Assembly (NCBI GenBank): GCA_947467315.1
Contig: CANIID010000003.1
Coordinates: 1-49,699 of the forward strand
Length of the DNA: 49,699 bases
Origin: Betaproteobacteria bacterium
Lineage (GTDB): Bacteria; Pseudomonadota; Gammaproteobacteria; Burkholderiales; SG8-41
Direction of reading: 5' to 3'
Under the pieces are notes generated by a model. The model ran no database searches. It was not told the origin of the DNA and worked only from the letters and a program-made list of their open reading frames with translations. Shown piece by piece: positions 9,529-18,098 of this stretch (within the stretch, counting starts at the first letter, position 1; every line of letters starts with the position of its first letter). A program made the translations under genes and the position numbers.

Positions 9529-10758
9529 GTGTTACCACTCGACAAACTACCCGCCCCGCCCGGCGGCGCGCCGCTGGCGCTGCTCAAAGGCATTACTGTG
9601 CTCGACCTGACGACATCCATCGCCGGGCCGTACGCCGCCATGTTGCTCGGTGACATGGGTGCCGAGGTCATCAAGATAGAACGTCCCGGCAAGGGCGACG
9701 ATTGCCGCGCCTGGGGGCCGCCGTGGCTGGATGGCGAATCGTTGTGGTTTCTCAGTGTCAATCGCAACAAGCAAAGCGTCACGCTGGATTACACCACTGA
9801 CGCCGGACGCGCCGTGCTGCACGACATTGTGCGCAAGGTGGATGTGGTGATCGTCAATCTGACGGATCGCGTGCAGAAAAAACTCGGCGTCGATCACGCG
9901 GCCTTGTCCGCGGTGCGTTCGGACATCGTGCATGTGTCGCTGTCGGGTTTTGGCTTGACCGGCGCACGGAAAGATTTTCCCTGCTACGACCTCATCGCCG
10001 AGGGCTACAGCGGCGTGATGGATTTAACCGGTGAGGCCGACAGCCCGCCGCAAAAAGTCGGCACGCCAGCGGCGGATTTGATTGCCGGCATGGATGCTTC
10101 TTACGCCGCGCTCGCGGCCTTGTTCGACAGACAACGTACCGGCAAGGGCCACAAAATCGATATCGCAATGATCGACAGCATGACGCGCTTTATGTCGCCG
10201 CGCATCGTGCCGTATCTCGGCGCGGGCATCGTGCCCGCGCGCAGTGGCGCGAAAGACAGCGTGATTTCGGTGTATCAAACGTTCGACACGCAAGACCGGC
10301 CGATCACGCTGGGGCTCGGCAACGACGGCATCTTCAAGCGCTTCTGGCAGGCTGTGGGGCAGCCCGCCGTGGGCGACGATCCGCGTTACGCTACCAACGC
10401 CGCGCGCTGCGCGGTGCGCGCCGAACTCGTGGAAAAAACACAGACCGTGCTGCTGACGCAACCGCGAGCGCACTGGTTGAAATTGTTTGTGCAGCACAAC
10501 GTGCCGGCAGGCCCGGTGAACAGCGCCGACGAAGTGGCGAGCGATCCTGAATTGATCGCGCGTGGGCTTTTTTATACGGCTACGCAAGGCGAACGCAAAA
10601 TTCCGCAAGTGGGGCTCGGCATCGCGGTGGACGACAACAACGCGAGTTGGCGCAGCGCGCCGCCGCTGCTGGGTGAGCACAACGACAAAGTGCTGGGCGG
10701 GCTGCTGGGCTACGATGCGGCGAAAATTACGCAATTGAAAGCAAACAAGGTAATATAA
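9529..10758 (+). CDS. CaiB/BaiF family III CoA transferase
   Basis: VLDLTTSIAGP, LGDMGAEVIKIE, NRNKQSVTLD and GTPAAD motifs. The GTG start at 9529 is inferred; the ORF is open from 9475. Confidence 0.9.
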   Translation: MLPLDKLPAPPGGAPLALLKGITVLDLTTSIAGPYAAMLLGDMGAEVIKIERPGKGDDCRAWGPPWLDGESLWFLSVNRNKQSVTLDYTTDAGRAVLHDIVRKVDVVIVNLTDRVQKKLGVDHAALSAVRSDIVHVSLSGFGLTGARKDFPCYDLIAEGYSGVMDLTGEADSPPQKVGTPAADLIAGMDASYAALAALFDRQRTGKGHKIDIAMIDSMTRFMSPRIVPYLGAGIVPARSGAKDSVISVYQTFDTQDRPITLGLGNDGIFKRFWQAVGQPAVGDDPRYATNAARCAVRAELVEKTQTVLLTQPRAHWLKLFVQHNVPAGPVNSADEVASDPELIARGLFYTATQGERKIPQVGLGIAVDDNNASWRSAPPLLGEHNDKVLGGLLGYDAAKITQLKANKVI

Positions 10759-10760
10759 AA

Positions 10761-11540
10761 ATGTCTTTTAAAACAATTATTTACGAAGAAGAGGGCGCAA
10801 TAGGCTGGCTCACACTCAACCGCCCCGACGACGGCAATATGTTCACCGCCGAGATGTGTCACGAGATCCGCGATTGCATCGACGCCATCCGCCGCGAAAC
10901 GCGCACGCGCGTGTTGGTGATCACCGGCGCGGGCGATAAATTTTTTTGTATCGGCGGACGCAAGGATGGTCTGGAAAAAACCAATCTCTACGCCGGCATG
11001 CTGCCCACGCTGGAAATTTACGAAAGCATCGAGCGCCTGCAAAAGCCGGTGATTGCCTCGGTCAACGGCTACGCCGTCGGCGGCGGACAAGTGCTGCAGG
11101 TGATGTGCGATATCACCATCGCGAAAGAGAGCGCGGTGTTCCGCCAGGTCGGCCCGATGATGGGCAGCTTCGATGCGGGCTACGGCACCTGGTATCTCGA
11201 AGATTTGGTTGGCAAGAAAAAGGCGAAAGAAATGTGGTTCGCCAATCCGCGCCTGTCGTCGAAAGAAGCGTTGGAGATAGGCCTCATCAACAAGGTAGTG
11301 CCCGACGACAAACTCAAAGAAGAAACCCGCAAGATGGCGCTGGAAATCGCCGATCGCGGCGCGTTCGCGCTGGCGTCGATCAAAGCGGCGTTCACCGCGC
11401 GTCACGGCGGCGTGTCCGGGTTGGCTCGGGTGTCGCATGATTTGCTGTTGCGGCTATATCTGGATACCGATGAGTCGAAAGAATTGGGTGCGTCGTTTCG
11501 GGGTAAGAGGAAGCCGGATACGGATACGTTTGGGCACTGA
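10761..11540 (+). CDS. Crotonase-superfamily enzyme, MenB/BadI-like (putative ring-opening beta-ketoacyl-CoA hydrolase)
   Basis: TLNRPD, FCIGG, KPVIASVNGYAVGGG and QVGPMMGSFDAGYG (MenB/BadI-type GSFD motif). Confidence 0.75.
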   Translation: MSFKTIIYEEEGAIGWLTLNRPDDGNMFTAEMCHEIRDCIDAIRRETRTRVLVITGAGDKFFCIGGRKDGLEKTNLYAGMLPTLEIYESIERLQKPVIASVNGYAVGGGQVLQVMCDITIAKESAVFRQVGPMMGSFDAGYGTWYLEDLVGKKKAKEMWFANPRLSSKEALEIGLINKVVPDDKLKEETRKMALEIADRGAFALASIKAAFTARHGGVSGLARVSHDLLLRLYLDTDESKELGASFRGKRKPDTDTFGH

Positions 11541-11555
11541 TTTTAAGAACAATTT

Positions 11556-11751
11556 TTAACCACAGATGAACCCAGATAAACACAGATAAAACCCCATCCT
11601 CGTCGTTCCCGCGCAGGCGGGAACCCATAACACTGTCTCCGTTGCGTTAGGGTTCCCCAGCCTACCTTCCCCAGCGGGAAGGAGATACCCCCCTGCGCGG
11701 GAATGACGGTGGAAGGGTTATCTGTGTTTATCTGGGTTCATCTGTGGTTAA
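11556..11751. repeat. Composite palindromic element: 34-bp perfect outer inverted repeat enclosing a REP-like doublet
   Basis: TTAACCACAGATGAACCCAGATAAACACAGATAA (11556-11589) is the exact reverse complement of 11718-11751. Inner pair: CGTCGTTCCCGCGCAGGCGGGAACCCAT (11601) and CCCCTGCGCGGGAATGACG (to 11708). Confidence 0.9.
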
Positions 11752-11760
11752 TCGATATTT

Positions 11761-13404
11761 ATGTCGACACTACTCACACTCCACAACCCGCAAACCGCCC
11801 GCCGCTATTACGACGCCGGCTGGTGGCAAGCCGATACCATGTACACGCTCGCCGCGCAGCACGCCCGCGTGCGCCCGCAGGCTTATGCCTTGCGCGACAG
11901 TCATCATCGGTTAACTTGGCGGCAGTTGGTTGAATGGGTAGATGCGCTCGCCGCCGACATGCATGCCGCAGGCCTGAAGCGCGGCCAGCGCGTCTCAGTG
12001 TGGCTGCCGAATCGTGTTGAAGCGGCGGTGGTGTTTCTCGCCTGCTCGCGCAACGGTTACGTGTGCAATCCGTCGCTGCATCAGAATTACACGGTGGGCG
12101 AAATTGTCACGCTGATGGAGCGCATACAGACCGCCGCGCTGTTCGCGCAAGCCGGTTATGGCGCGAATGCGGATAAGGTCAACGTGTTTGAAGCAGCCAA
12201 GTCGCTGCTAGGGTTAAAGCGTGTGTACCGCATGGATGCGGGCGACTTTCCGGCGCTTGGCGACGAGCCCACATCGACACTGCCGCCCGTAGACACCGAC
12301 CCCGATAAAATCGTCTATCTAGCCTTCACCTCCGGCACCACCGGCATGCCCAAGGGGGTGCTGCACTCTGACAACACGCTGCTCGCCAATGGCCGCGCGA
12401 TGGTGCATGACTGGCATCACGACGAACACACCGTGCTTTACACGCACAGTCCGCTGTCGCATCACATCGGCACGGTCGCGATTGCGCAGAGCCTGTGTGC
12501 TGGCTTTGAGTTGGTGCTGAACGACTTGAAGCCCGGCATGAAGCCTCTCGACGGTCTGCTCGAAACTGGCGCGACGTACGTGATGGGCGTGCCCACCCAC
12601 GCCATTGATATTCTCGCGGACGCCAAGCAGCGCGGCATGTCCAACTTAGGCAAGGTCAACTTGTTCTATATGGCTGGCTCCACCATTCCGCCGCAAACTG
12701 CGCGCGCCTTTCTCGACATGGGCATCAAGCCGCAGAACATCTACGGCATGACCGAAAACGGCTCGCACCAGTACACCATGCCGGATGACAGCGTGGAGAT
12801 CATTACGAGCACCTGCGGGCGCGCCTGTCATGGGTATGAGACGAAGCTGTGGGATCAGGAAAACCCCGACATCGAAGTGACGAAGCCCGGCGACATCGGT
12901 GAAATCGGCACGCGTGGCGCGCTGCTGATGCTGGGTTATTTCAACAATCAAACCGCGACCGAAAATTCGTTCAACGCCGGCGGCTGGTTCATGAGCGGCG
13001 ATCTGGGCCGCATGGATGAACACGGTAATCTGCAAATCGTTGGTCGCAAAAAAGATTTGATTATTCGCGGCGGACATAACATTCATCCGTCGCGTATCGA
13101 AAATCTTGCGTTAAAACACGCGGCGGTGCTGAAGGCGGCGGCGTATCCGGTGGCCGATGATCGCTTGGGCGAGCGCGTGTGTCTGGCCATCATTCAACGC
13201 GACGGCACGCAAATCGAAGCCGATGCCTTGCTGTCGCATCTGAATGAAGCGGGCTTGTCCAAATACGATATGCCGGAATTTTTTATCCGCATGGAGGCGT
13301 TCCCGCTCACCGCCAGCGGCAAGATATTGAAGCGCGAGTTGGTGGAGTGGACCAAGGCGGGCAAGATTGCACCCACGCCGGTGCGCTGGGTGGCTAAGTC
13401 GTGA
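11761..13404 (+). CDS. Acyl-CoA synthetase (AMP-forming), cyclohexanecarboxylate-CoA ligase-like
   Basis: FTSGTTGMPKG P-loop, YGMTE, SGDLG, GRKKDLIIRGG and TASGKILK motifs. Confidence 0.9.
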   Translation: MSTLLTLHNPQTARRYYDAGWWQADTMYTLAAQHARVRPQAYALRDSHHRLTWRQLVEWVDALAADMHAAGLKRGQRVSVWLPNRVEAAVVFLACSRNGYVCNPSLHQNYTVGEIVTLMERIQTAALFAQAGYGANADKVNVFEAAKSLLGLKRVYRMDAGDFPALGDEPTSTLPPVDTDPDKIVYLAFTSGTTGMPKGVLHSDNTLLANGRAMVHDWHHDEHTVLYTHSPLSHHIGTVAIAQSLCAGFELVLNDLKPGMKPLDGLLETGATYVMGVPTHAIDILADAKQRGMSNLGKVNLFYMAGSTIPPQTARAFLDMGIKPQNIYGMTENGSHQYTMPDDSVEIITSTCGRACHGYETKLWDQENPDIEVTKPGDIGEIGTRGALLMLGYFNNQTATENSFNAGGWFMSGDLGRMDEHGNLQIVGRKKDLIIRGGHNIHPSRIENLALKHAAVLKAAAYPVADDRLGERVCLAIIQRDGTQIEADALLSHLNEAGLSKYDMPEFFIRMEAFPLTASGKILKRELVEWTKAGKIAPTPVRWVAKS

Positions 13405-13428
13405 AACGTGAAAAGTGAAATGTGAGCG
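13401..13428 (+). repeat. Short heptamer tandem repeat GTGAAAN x4
   Basis: GTGAAAC GTGAAAA GTGAAAT GTGAGCG, spanning the stop codon and intergenic gap. Confidence 0.7.
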
Positions 13429-13431
13429 TAT

Positions 13432-14211
13432 ATGGCAATTGAGCTGACAAGAGTTGAAGAATTCGCGCTGATAACGCTCAATCGTCCCGAAGCGCTGAAT
13501 GCGCTGTCGATGGCGTTGATTCGCGATTTGTCCGCGCGCCTCGACGAAGTGGCAAAAAGCGACGCGCGCGCGCTGATCATCACCGGCGCCGGCCCCAAGG
13601 CGTTTTGTGCCGGTGCGGATATCAAGGAGTTGCAGGGCCGCAGCCTGATGGCGCAAAAGCAGGGCGGCGAATTCGGCCAGGCGACGTTCGCCAAGCTCGA
13701 TACGCTGCCGATGCCATCGGTGGCGGTCATCAATGGCTATGCCTTCGGCGGTGGCATGGAACTCGCGCTCGCCTGCACGTTCAGGCTCGCCACGCGCAAT
13801 GCCAAAATGGGCACGCCCGAAATCAAGCTCGGCCTGATTCCCGGTTACGGCGGCACGCAGCGTCTGCCGCGCGTGGTCGGCGAAGCGCGCGCGCTGGAAA
13901 TGGTGATGACCGGTCGCACGGTGGATGCCGACGAAGCGCTGCGAATCGGGTTGGTGAACCGCCTCGTTGATAACGCAAATGAGGGCGATGCAGTCGCGGC
14001 GGGCATGGCCTTTGCGCGCGAGTTTTCCGGCTACAGTCTGCCGGTGTTGAGCTTCGCACGCGATGCGGTCAAGCGCGCGGGTGAGACGCCGCTGCACGAA
14101 GGTCTAAAGATCGAAACCGACTTGGGCACGCTGGCGTTTCAGACGCAGGATTCGGTCGAGGGCATGGCGGCATTCGCCGAAAAACGCAAACCCGTGTTCA
14201 AGGATAAATAG
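13432..14211 (+). CDS. Enoyl-CoA hydratase
   Basis: LNRPEALNAL, FCAGADI, GGGMELA and PEIKLGLIPGYGGTQRL; both catalytic Glu present. Confidence 0.9.
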   Translation: MAIELTRVEEFALITLNRPEALNALSMALIRDLSARLDEVAKSDARALIITGAGPKAFCAGADIKELQGRSLMAQKQGGEFGQATFAKLDTLPMPSVAVINGYAFGGGMELALACTFRLATRNAKMGTPEIKLGLIPGYGGTQRLPRVVGEARALEMVMTGRTVDADEALRIGLVNRLVDNANEGDAVAAGMAFAREFSGYSLPVLSFARDAVKRAGETPLHEGLKIETDLGTLAFQTQDSVEGMAAFAEKRKPVFKDK

Positions 14212-14952
14212 GTGACACTGCCTCGAACCCTGGTCGTGACGGGCGCCAGCCGCGGCATAGGCGCTACTATTGCGCTGGAACTCGCGCAGCGCGGCTACAC
14301 AGTCGCGTGCCTCACGCGCAAGGGCGCGGGGCCTGAAGTCACCGTGCCCGCCGAACTCGTGCCACGTTTTGTCAACGCAAAATGCGATGTCACCGACGAG
14401 GCCAGCGTCAAACAAGCGCTCGCGCAAGTCGCTGCCAAAACCGGCGCCATTCACGGCATCGTCAACAACGCCGGCATTCATCTCGATGGGCCGAGCGACA
14501 AGCTCACGCTGAATGTCTACAACCAGGTGATGAGCACCAATGCCACGGCGGTGTTCACCGCCTGCCGCGAGGTGTATCCGCATCTCATCAAGGCGGGCGG
14601 CGGCATTATCGTCAACATCGGTTCGTTCTTCGACAAGATCGGCGTCAAGCGCAATGTCGCGTACTGCGCGTCGAAGGCGGCGGTGGGCGCCATCACCCGC
14701 TGCCTGGCGGTGGAGTGGGCGTCCAAAAACATCCGCGTGCTCGATGTCGCGCCGGGCTACATCGAAACCGATTTGAATCGCGATGCATTTCAGGGACCGC
14801 TGCGCGACTTTCTCGCCAAGCGCATTCCCGGCGGCAAGCACGGCACGCCGCAGGACATTGCAAAATTGGTCGCGGCGATCTTCAACGAAGACATTCCCTT
14901 CTTGACCGGTGAGACCCTTTACATCGATGGCGGCCAAGGCGTAGCGCATTAG
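14212..14952 (+). CDS. Short-chain dehydrogenase/reductase
   Basis: TGASRGIG, NNAG and YCASK catalytic motif. Confidence 0.9.
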   Translation: MTLPRTLVVTGASRGIGATIALELAQRGYTVACLTRKGAGPEVTVPAELVPRFVNAKCDVTDEASVKQALAQVAAKTGAIHGIVNNAGIHLDGPSDKLTLNVYNQVMSTNATAVFTACREVYPHLIKAGGGIIVNIGSFFDKIGVKRNVAYCASKAAVGAITRCLAVEWASKNIRVLDVAPGYIETDLNRDAFQGPLRDFLAKRIPGGKHGTPQDIAKLVAAIFNEDIPFLTGETLYIDGGQGVAH

Positions 14953-14979
14953 TAAGTATATGTTTTTAAATGATAATTT

Positions 14980-16158
14980 ATGGGCTTACCGATGAAGGTA
15001 TTTGAGCGTCTGGATCATAGCGTCGCATTCAGCAATGAAGAACGCATGCTGATCGACGCCGTGCGCACGCTCGCGCGAGACGAGATCGCGCCGCGTGCGG
15101 CGGCGTACGACCGCAGCGGCGAATTCCCGTGGGACAACGTGAAGTCGATCAACGCGCTGGGGCTGAACGCGATGTTCGTGCCCGAGGCCTACGGCGGCGC
15201 GCAACTGTCGTATGCGGCGTATCTCGAATGCGTGCGTGAAATCAGCAAAGCGTGCGCGTCCACCGGCGTGATCTGGGCGACGAATTTTCACGCGATGAAA
15301 CCGCTGATCGAATTCGGCAACGAGGAACAGAAAAAACGTTTGTTGCCGAAAGTGGCAGAGGGCGCGCTGGCGTCACTGGTGATTACCGAGCCGACCGCCG
15401 GGTCCGACGCGACGGGCATGAAAACATCGTTCAAGCCCGATGGTGATTCGATTATCGTCAACGGTTCGAAAACCTTTATCACCAATGGCGCGCACGCCGA
15501 TCTGCTGCTGGTGTTTGGCAAATGGACCGACATTGAAGATAGCAAGGCGTCGATTTCCGTACTGGTGATGGAAAAAGGCACGCCCGGTTTGAAAGTGCTG
15601 CGCGAAGAGGACAAAATGGGGTTGCGCGCCTCCAGCACCGCCACGCTGGCGTTCGACAATTGCCGCGTGCCACGCGCAAACCTGCTGCGCAACCCCGGCG
15701 ATGGACTGAAAATATTGCTCGCCTCGCTCAACCGTTCGCGCCCCAGCGTCGCGGCGCACGCACTGGGCATCGCGCGCGGCGCGTTCGAGGACGCAGTGAA
15801 CTACATCAACGAGCGCAAACAATCCGGTCGCAAAATCGTCGAGTTTCAGGGCATCCAGTTCATGCTCGCTGACATGGCCACCGATCTTGCGCAGTGCGAA
15901 GCATGGCTGTGGCACGTGGCGCGCATGGTGGATGGCGGCGCCAGCGATTTTGGCGTCGAGTCGTCGATGCTCAAGATGCGCGCGGCCGATGTGGCGATGC
16001 GCATCACCACCGACGCAGTACAACTGCACGGCGGCTACGGCTACATCAAGGATTTTCGCGCCGAGCGGCTGATGCGCGACGCGAAGATCACGCAGATTTG
16101 GGAAGGCACCAATCAGATACACCGGCAATTGATTGGGCGGAGTTTTTTGAAGAAGTGA
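14980..16158 (+). CDS. Acyl-CoA dehydrogenase
   Basis: ITEPTAGSD, NGSKTFITNG, KMGLRAS, QLHGGYGY and IWEGTNQI motifs. Confidence 0.95.
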   Translation: MGLPMKVFERLDHSVAFSNEERMLIDAVRTLARDEIAPRAAAYDRSGEFPWDNVKSINALGLNAMFVPEAYGGAQLSYAAYLECVREISKACASTGVIWATNFHAMKPLIEFGNEEQKKRLLPKVAEGALASLVITEPTAGSDATGMKTSFKPDGDSIIVNGSKTFITNGAHADLLLVFGKWTDIEDSKASISVLVMEKGTPGLKVLREEDKMGLRASSTATLAFDNCRVPRANLLRNPGDGLKILLASLNRSRPSVAAHALGIARGAFEDAVNYINERKQSGRKIVEFQGIQFMLADMATDLAQCEAWLWHVARMVDGGASDFGVESSMLKMRAADVAMRITTDAVQLHGGYGYIKDFRAERLMRDAKITQIWEGTNQIHRQLIGRSFLKK

Positions 16159-16160
16159 TT

Positions 16161-16331
16161 TTTGACGCGGATTTACGCAGATAAACGCAGATTAACCCCC
16201 TACCGTCATTCCCGCGAAGGCGGGAATCCATAACACTGTCTCCGTTGCGAATGCGTTATGGGTTCCCGCCTTCGCGGGAACGACGGGGGATGTTTTCTAA
16301 TCCGCGTTTATCTGCGTAAATCCGCGTCAAA
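16161..16331. repeat. Composite palindromic element (second copy): 34-bp outer inverted repeat enclosing a REP doublet
   Basis: TTTGACGCGGATTTACGCAGATAAACGCAGATTA (16161-16194) pairs with 16298-16331 (1 mismatch). Inner pair: CCGTCATTCCCGCGAAGGCGGGAATCCATAAC (16203-16234) and 16255-16286. Confidence 0.9.
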
Positions 16332-16352
16332 TTTTTTAAGGTTTTCTGAAAA

Positions 16353-17228
16353 ATGCACAACATCAAAACCGTAGGCGTCGCCGGCAGCGGCACCATGGGC
16401 GCGGGCATCGCGATTGTTGCGGCGCGTGCGGGCTTTAAAACCATCGTATTCGACACGCAGCAAGCCGCGCTGGATCGCGCGCGCAAACAGACCGAGGGTT
16501 TCTTCGCGAAGTCCGTCGAGCGCAAGAAACTCACGCAGCCGCAGGTCGAAACCATGCTCGCCAACCTGACTGCGACCACGCGCATCGACGACATGGCTGC
16601 TTGCGACATCGTGATCGAAGCGGTGTTCGAGAACCTCAAGGTCAAGCACGACCTATTGGCGCAGCTCAACAAGGCCTGCAAGCCGGAAGCGCTGTTCGCC
16701 TCGAACACGTCCACGCTGTCGATCACCGAGATTGCCGCCGGTTCAGGCCGCGACGAAAAATTCGTCGGCATGCATTTCTGTCTGCCGGCGCAGTTGATGA
16801 AGCTGATCGAGATGTCGCCGGGGCTGCGCACCAGCGATGAAACGTTCAACGCCGCTTGGGATTTCGCCAAGGCCCTGGGGCAGATTCCGGTGAAGACCAA
16901 AGACAACCCCGGCTTCATTCTCAATTATTTTCTGGTGCCGTTTAACAACGACGCGATACGGCTGGTGGAGGCGGGCGTGGCGGCGCCCGCCGATATTGAT
17001 CGCGCGATCAAGGTGGGGCTGGGTTACCCAATGGGGCCGCTGGAGTTGCTGGATCTCGTGGGGCTGGATACGCACTTGCTGGTGGCCGAGGCGCTGTACT
17101 CGTCCACGCACGAGCCGCGCGCCGCCGTGCCCGCGCTGGTCAAGCGCATGATCGCGGCGGGGCAGTTGGGCCGCAAGACGGGGCAGGGGTTCTACACCTA
17201 TAAAACCAACGCGATGTTTGGGGGCTGA
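16353..17228 (+). CDS. 3-hydroxyacyl(butyryl)-CoA dehydrogenase
   Basis: GSGTMGAGIA Rossmann motif, IEAVFE, ASNTS, GMHF and YPMGPLELLDLVGLD. Confidence 0.92.
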   Translation: MHNIKTVGVAGSGTMGAGIAIVAARAGFKTIVFDTQQAALDRARKQTEGFFAKSVERKKLTQPQVETMLANLTATTRIDDMAACDIVIEAVFENLKVKHDLLAQLNKACKPEALFASNTSTLSITEIAAGSGRDEKFVGMHFCLPAQLMKLIEMSPGLRTSDETFNAAWDFAKALGQIPVKTKDNPGFILNYFLVPFNNDAIRLVEAGVAAPADIDRAIKVGLGYPMGPLELLDLVGLDTHLLVAEALYSSTHEPRAAVPALVKRMIAAGQLGRKTGQGFYTYKTNAMFGG

Positions 17229-17229
17229 G

Positions 17230-17931
17230 ATGCAATATTCCGTAATCAACACCGGTGACAGCAACGCCTTTGAAGACGATCACGCCTTGCTGAGCAATGC
17301 ATCACGCAGCGGCGAAGTGGTGGTGATACTCGGCACAGAGGCGGGAAAATCACTCAGTGAACTGCGCGATGCGGCGAAGAAAACCGCCGTGCTGATCGAG
17401 TTGGACGGCGAATGCCTGGGGGTGCATACCGGCGAATCGCGCGGTGAAGAAGGCGGCAACGTGTTGGGTTTTTCGCGTTTTCGTTTAGGCGCGGCGGAGC
17501 CGACGAATCTGGTGGAACTGGTGCGCCAGCCGCGCACCACGGATGCAGCGATTGCCGCGGCGAAAGCCATTTTCGAGGGCGCTGGATTGCAGGTGGCGGT
17601 GTGCGGCGATTTCGCCGGCCGTATTATCGACCGGCTGGTGCGCCCGTATTACAACGCGGCGTTGACACGGCTGGATGAAGCATTGGCTTCGGCGGACGAT
17701 CTGGACACCACGTTGAAGCTGGGGCTGGGCTACCCCGAAGGGCCGATTGCATTGCTCGAACGCACGGGCCTTGAATACCACTGTCAGGTGACGCAGGATT
17801 TATTCGAGGCCTACGGCGAAGGGGCCTACGCGCCGGCGCGCCGCGCGCGGGTGGCCTACATGCGCGCGATGGCGCAACGGGAAACCGGGGCGGCGCAACT
17901 GTTTCCGATTCCGCCGAGTAATGGCGACTGA
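17230..17931 (+). CDS. Degenerate 3-hydroxyacyl-CoA dehydrogenase-like protein (C-terminal dimerisation domain retained)
   Basis: LVELV...D.AGRIIDRL...LGLGYPEGP resembles the HCDH C-terminal half. No GxGxMG and no GMHF. Confidence 0.7.
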   Translation: MQYSVINTGDSNAFEDDHALLSNASRSGEVVVILGTEAGKSLSELRDAAKKTAVLIELDGECLGVHTGESRGEEGGNVLGFSRFRLGAAEPTNLVELVRQPRTTDAAIAAAKAIFEGAGLQVAVCGDFAGRIIDRLVRPYYNAALTRLDEALASADDLDTTLKLGLGYPEGPIALLERTGLEYHCQVTQDLFEAYGEGAYAPARRARVAYMRAMAQRETGAAQLFPIPPSNGD

Positions 17932-17941
17932 ATTTCCCATA

Positions 17942-18051
17942 CCCGTAGCGTGCGCTGTGCGCACGTCAACCGGGGCAGTGCGCTAGCTGCCGGAAGCCAT
18001 CCTTTGCAATTCGTCACGAGCTTTTGTCGTGCGCATGGCGCACGCTACGGG
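17942..18051. repeat. GTAG-type REP doublet
   Basis: CCCGTAGCGTGCGCTGTGCGCACG (17942-17965) and inverted CGTGCGCATGGCGCACGCTACGGG (18028-18051). Confidence 0.85.
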
Positions 18052-18098
18052 TGGCGCTAACGCTTAAAATATCGCCTTTGGCGACAGACCGGTAAATC

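Noticed and set aside
10761-11540. menB (menaquinone biosynthesis)
   Set aside because: No other men genes; the context is beta-oxidation-like and the motifs deviate, so no symbol was assigned.
11556-16331. CRISPR array from the 10-bp unit repeats and REP hairpins
   Set aside because: The repeats are inverted pairs, not direct repeats with unique spacers, and there are no cas genes.
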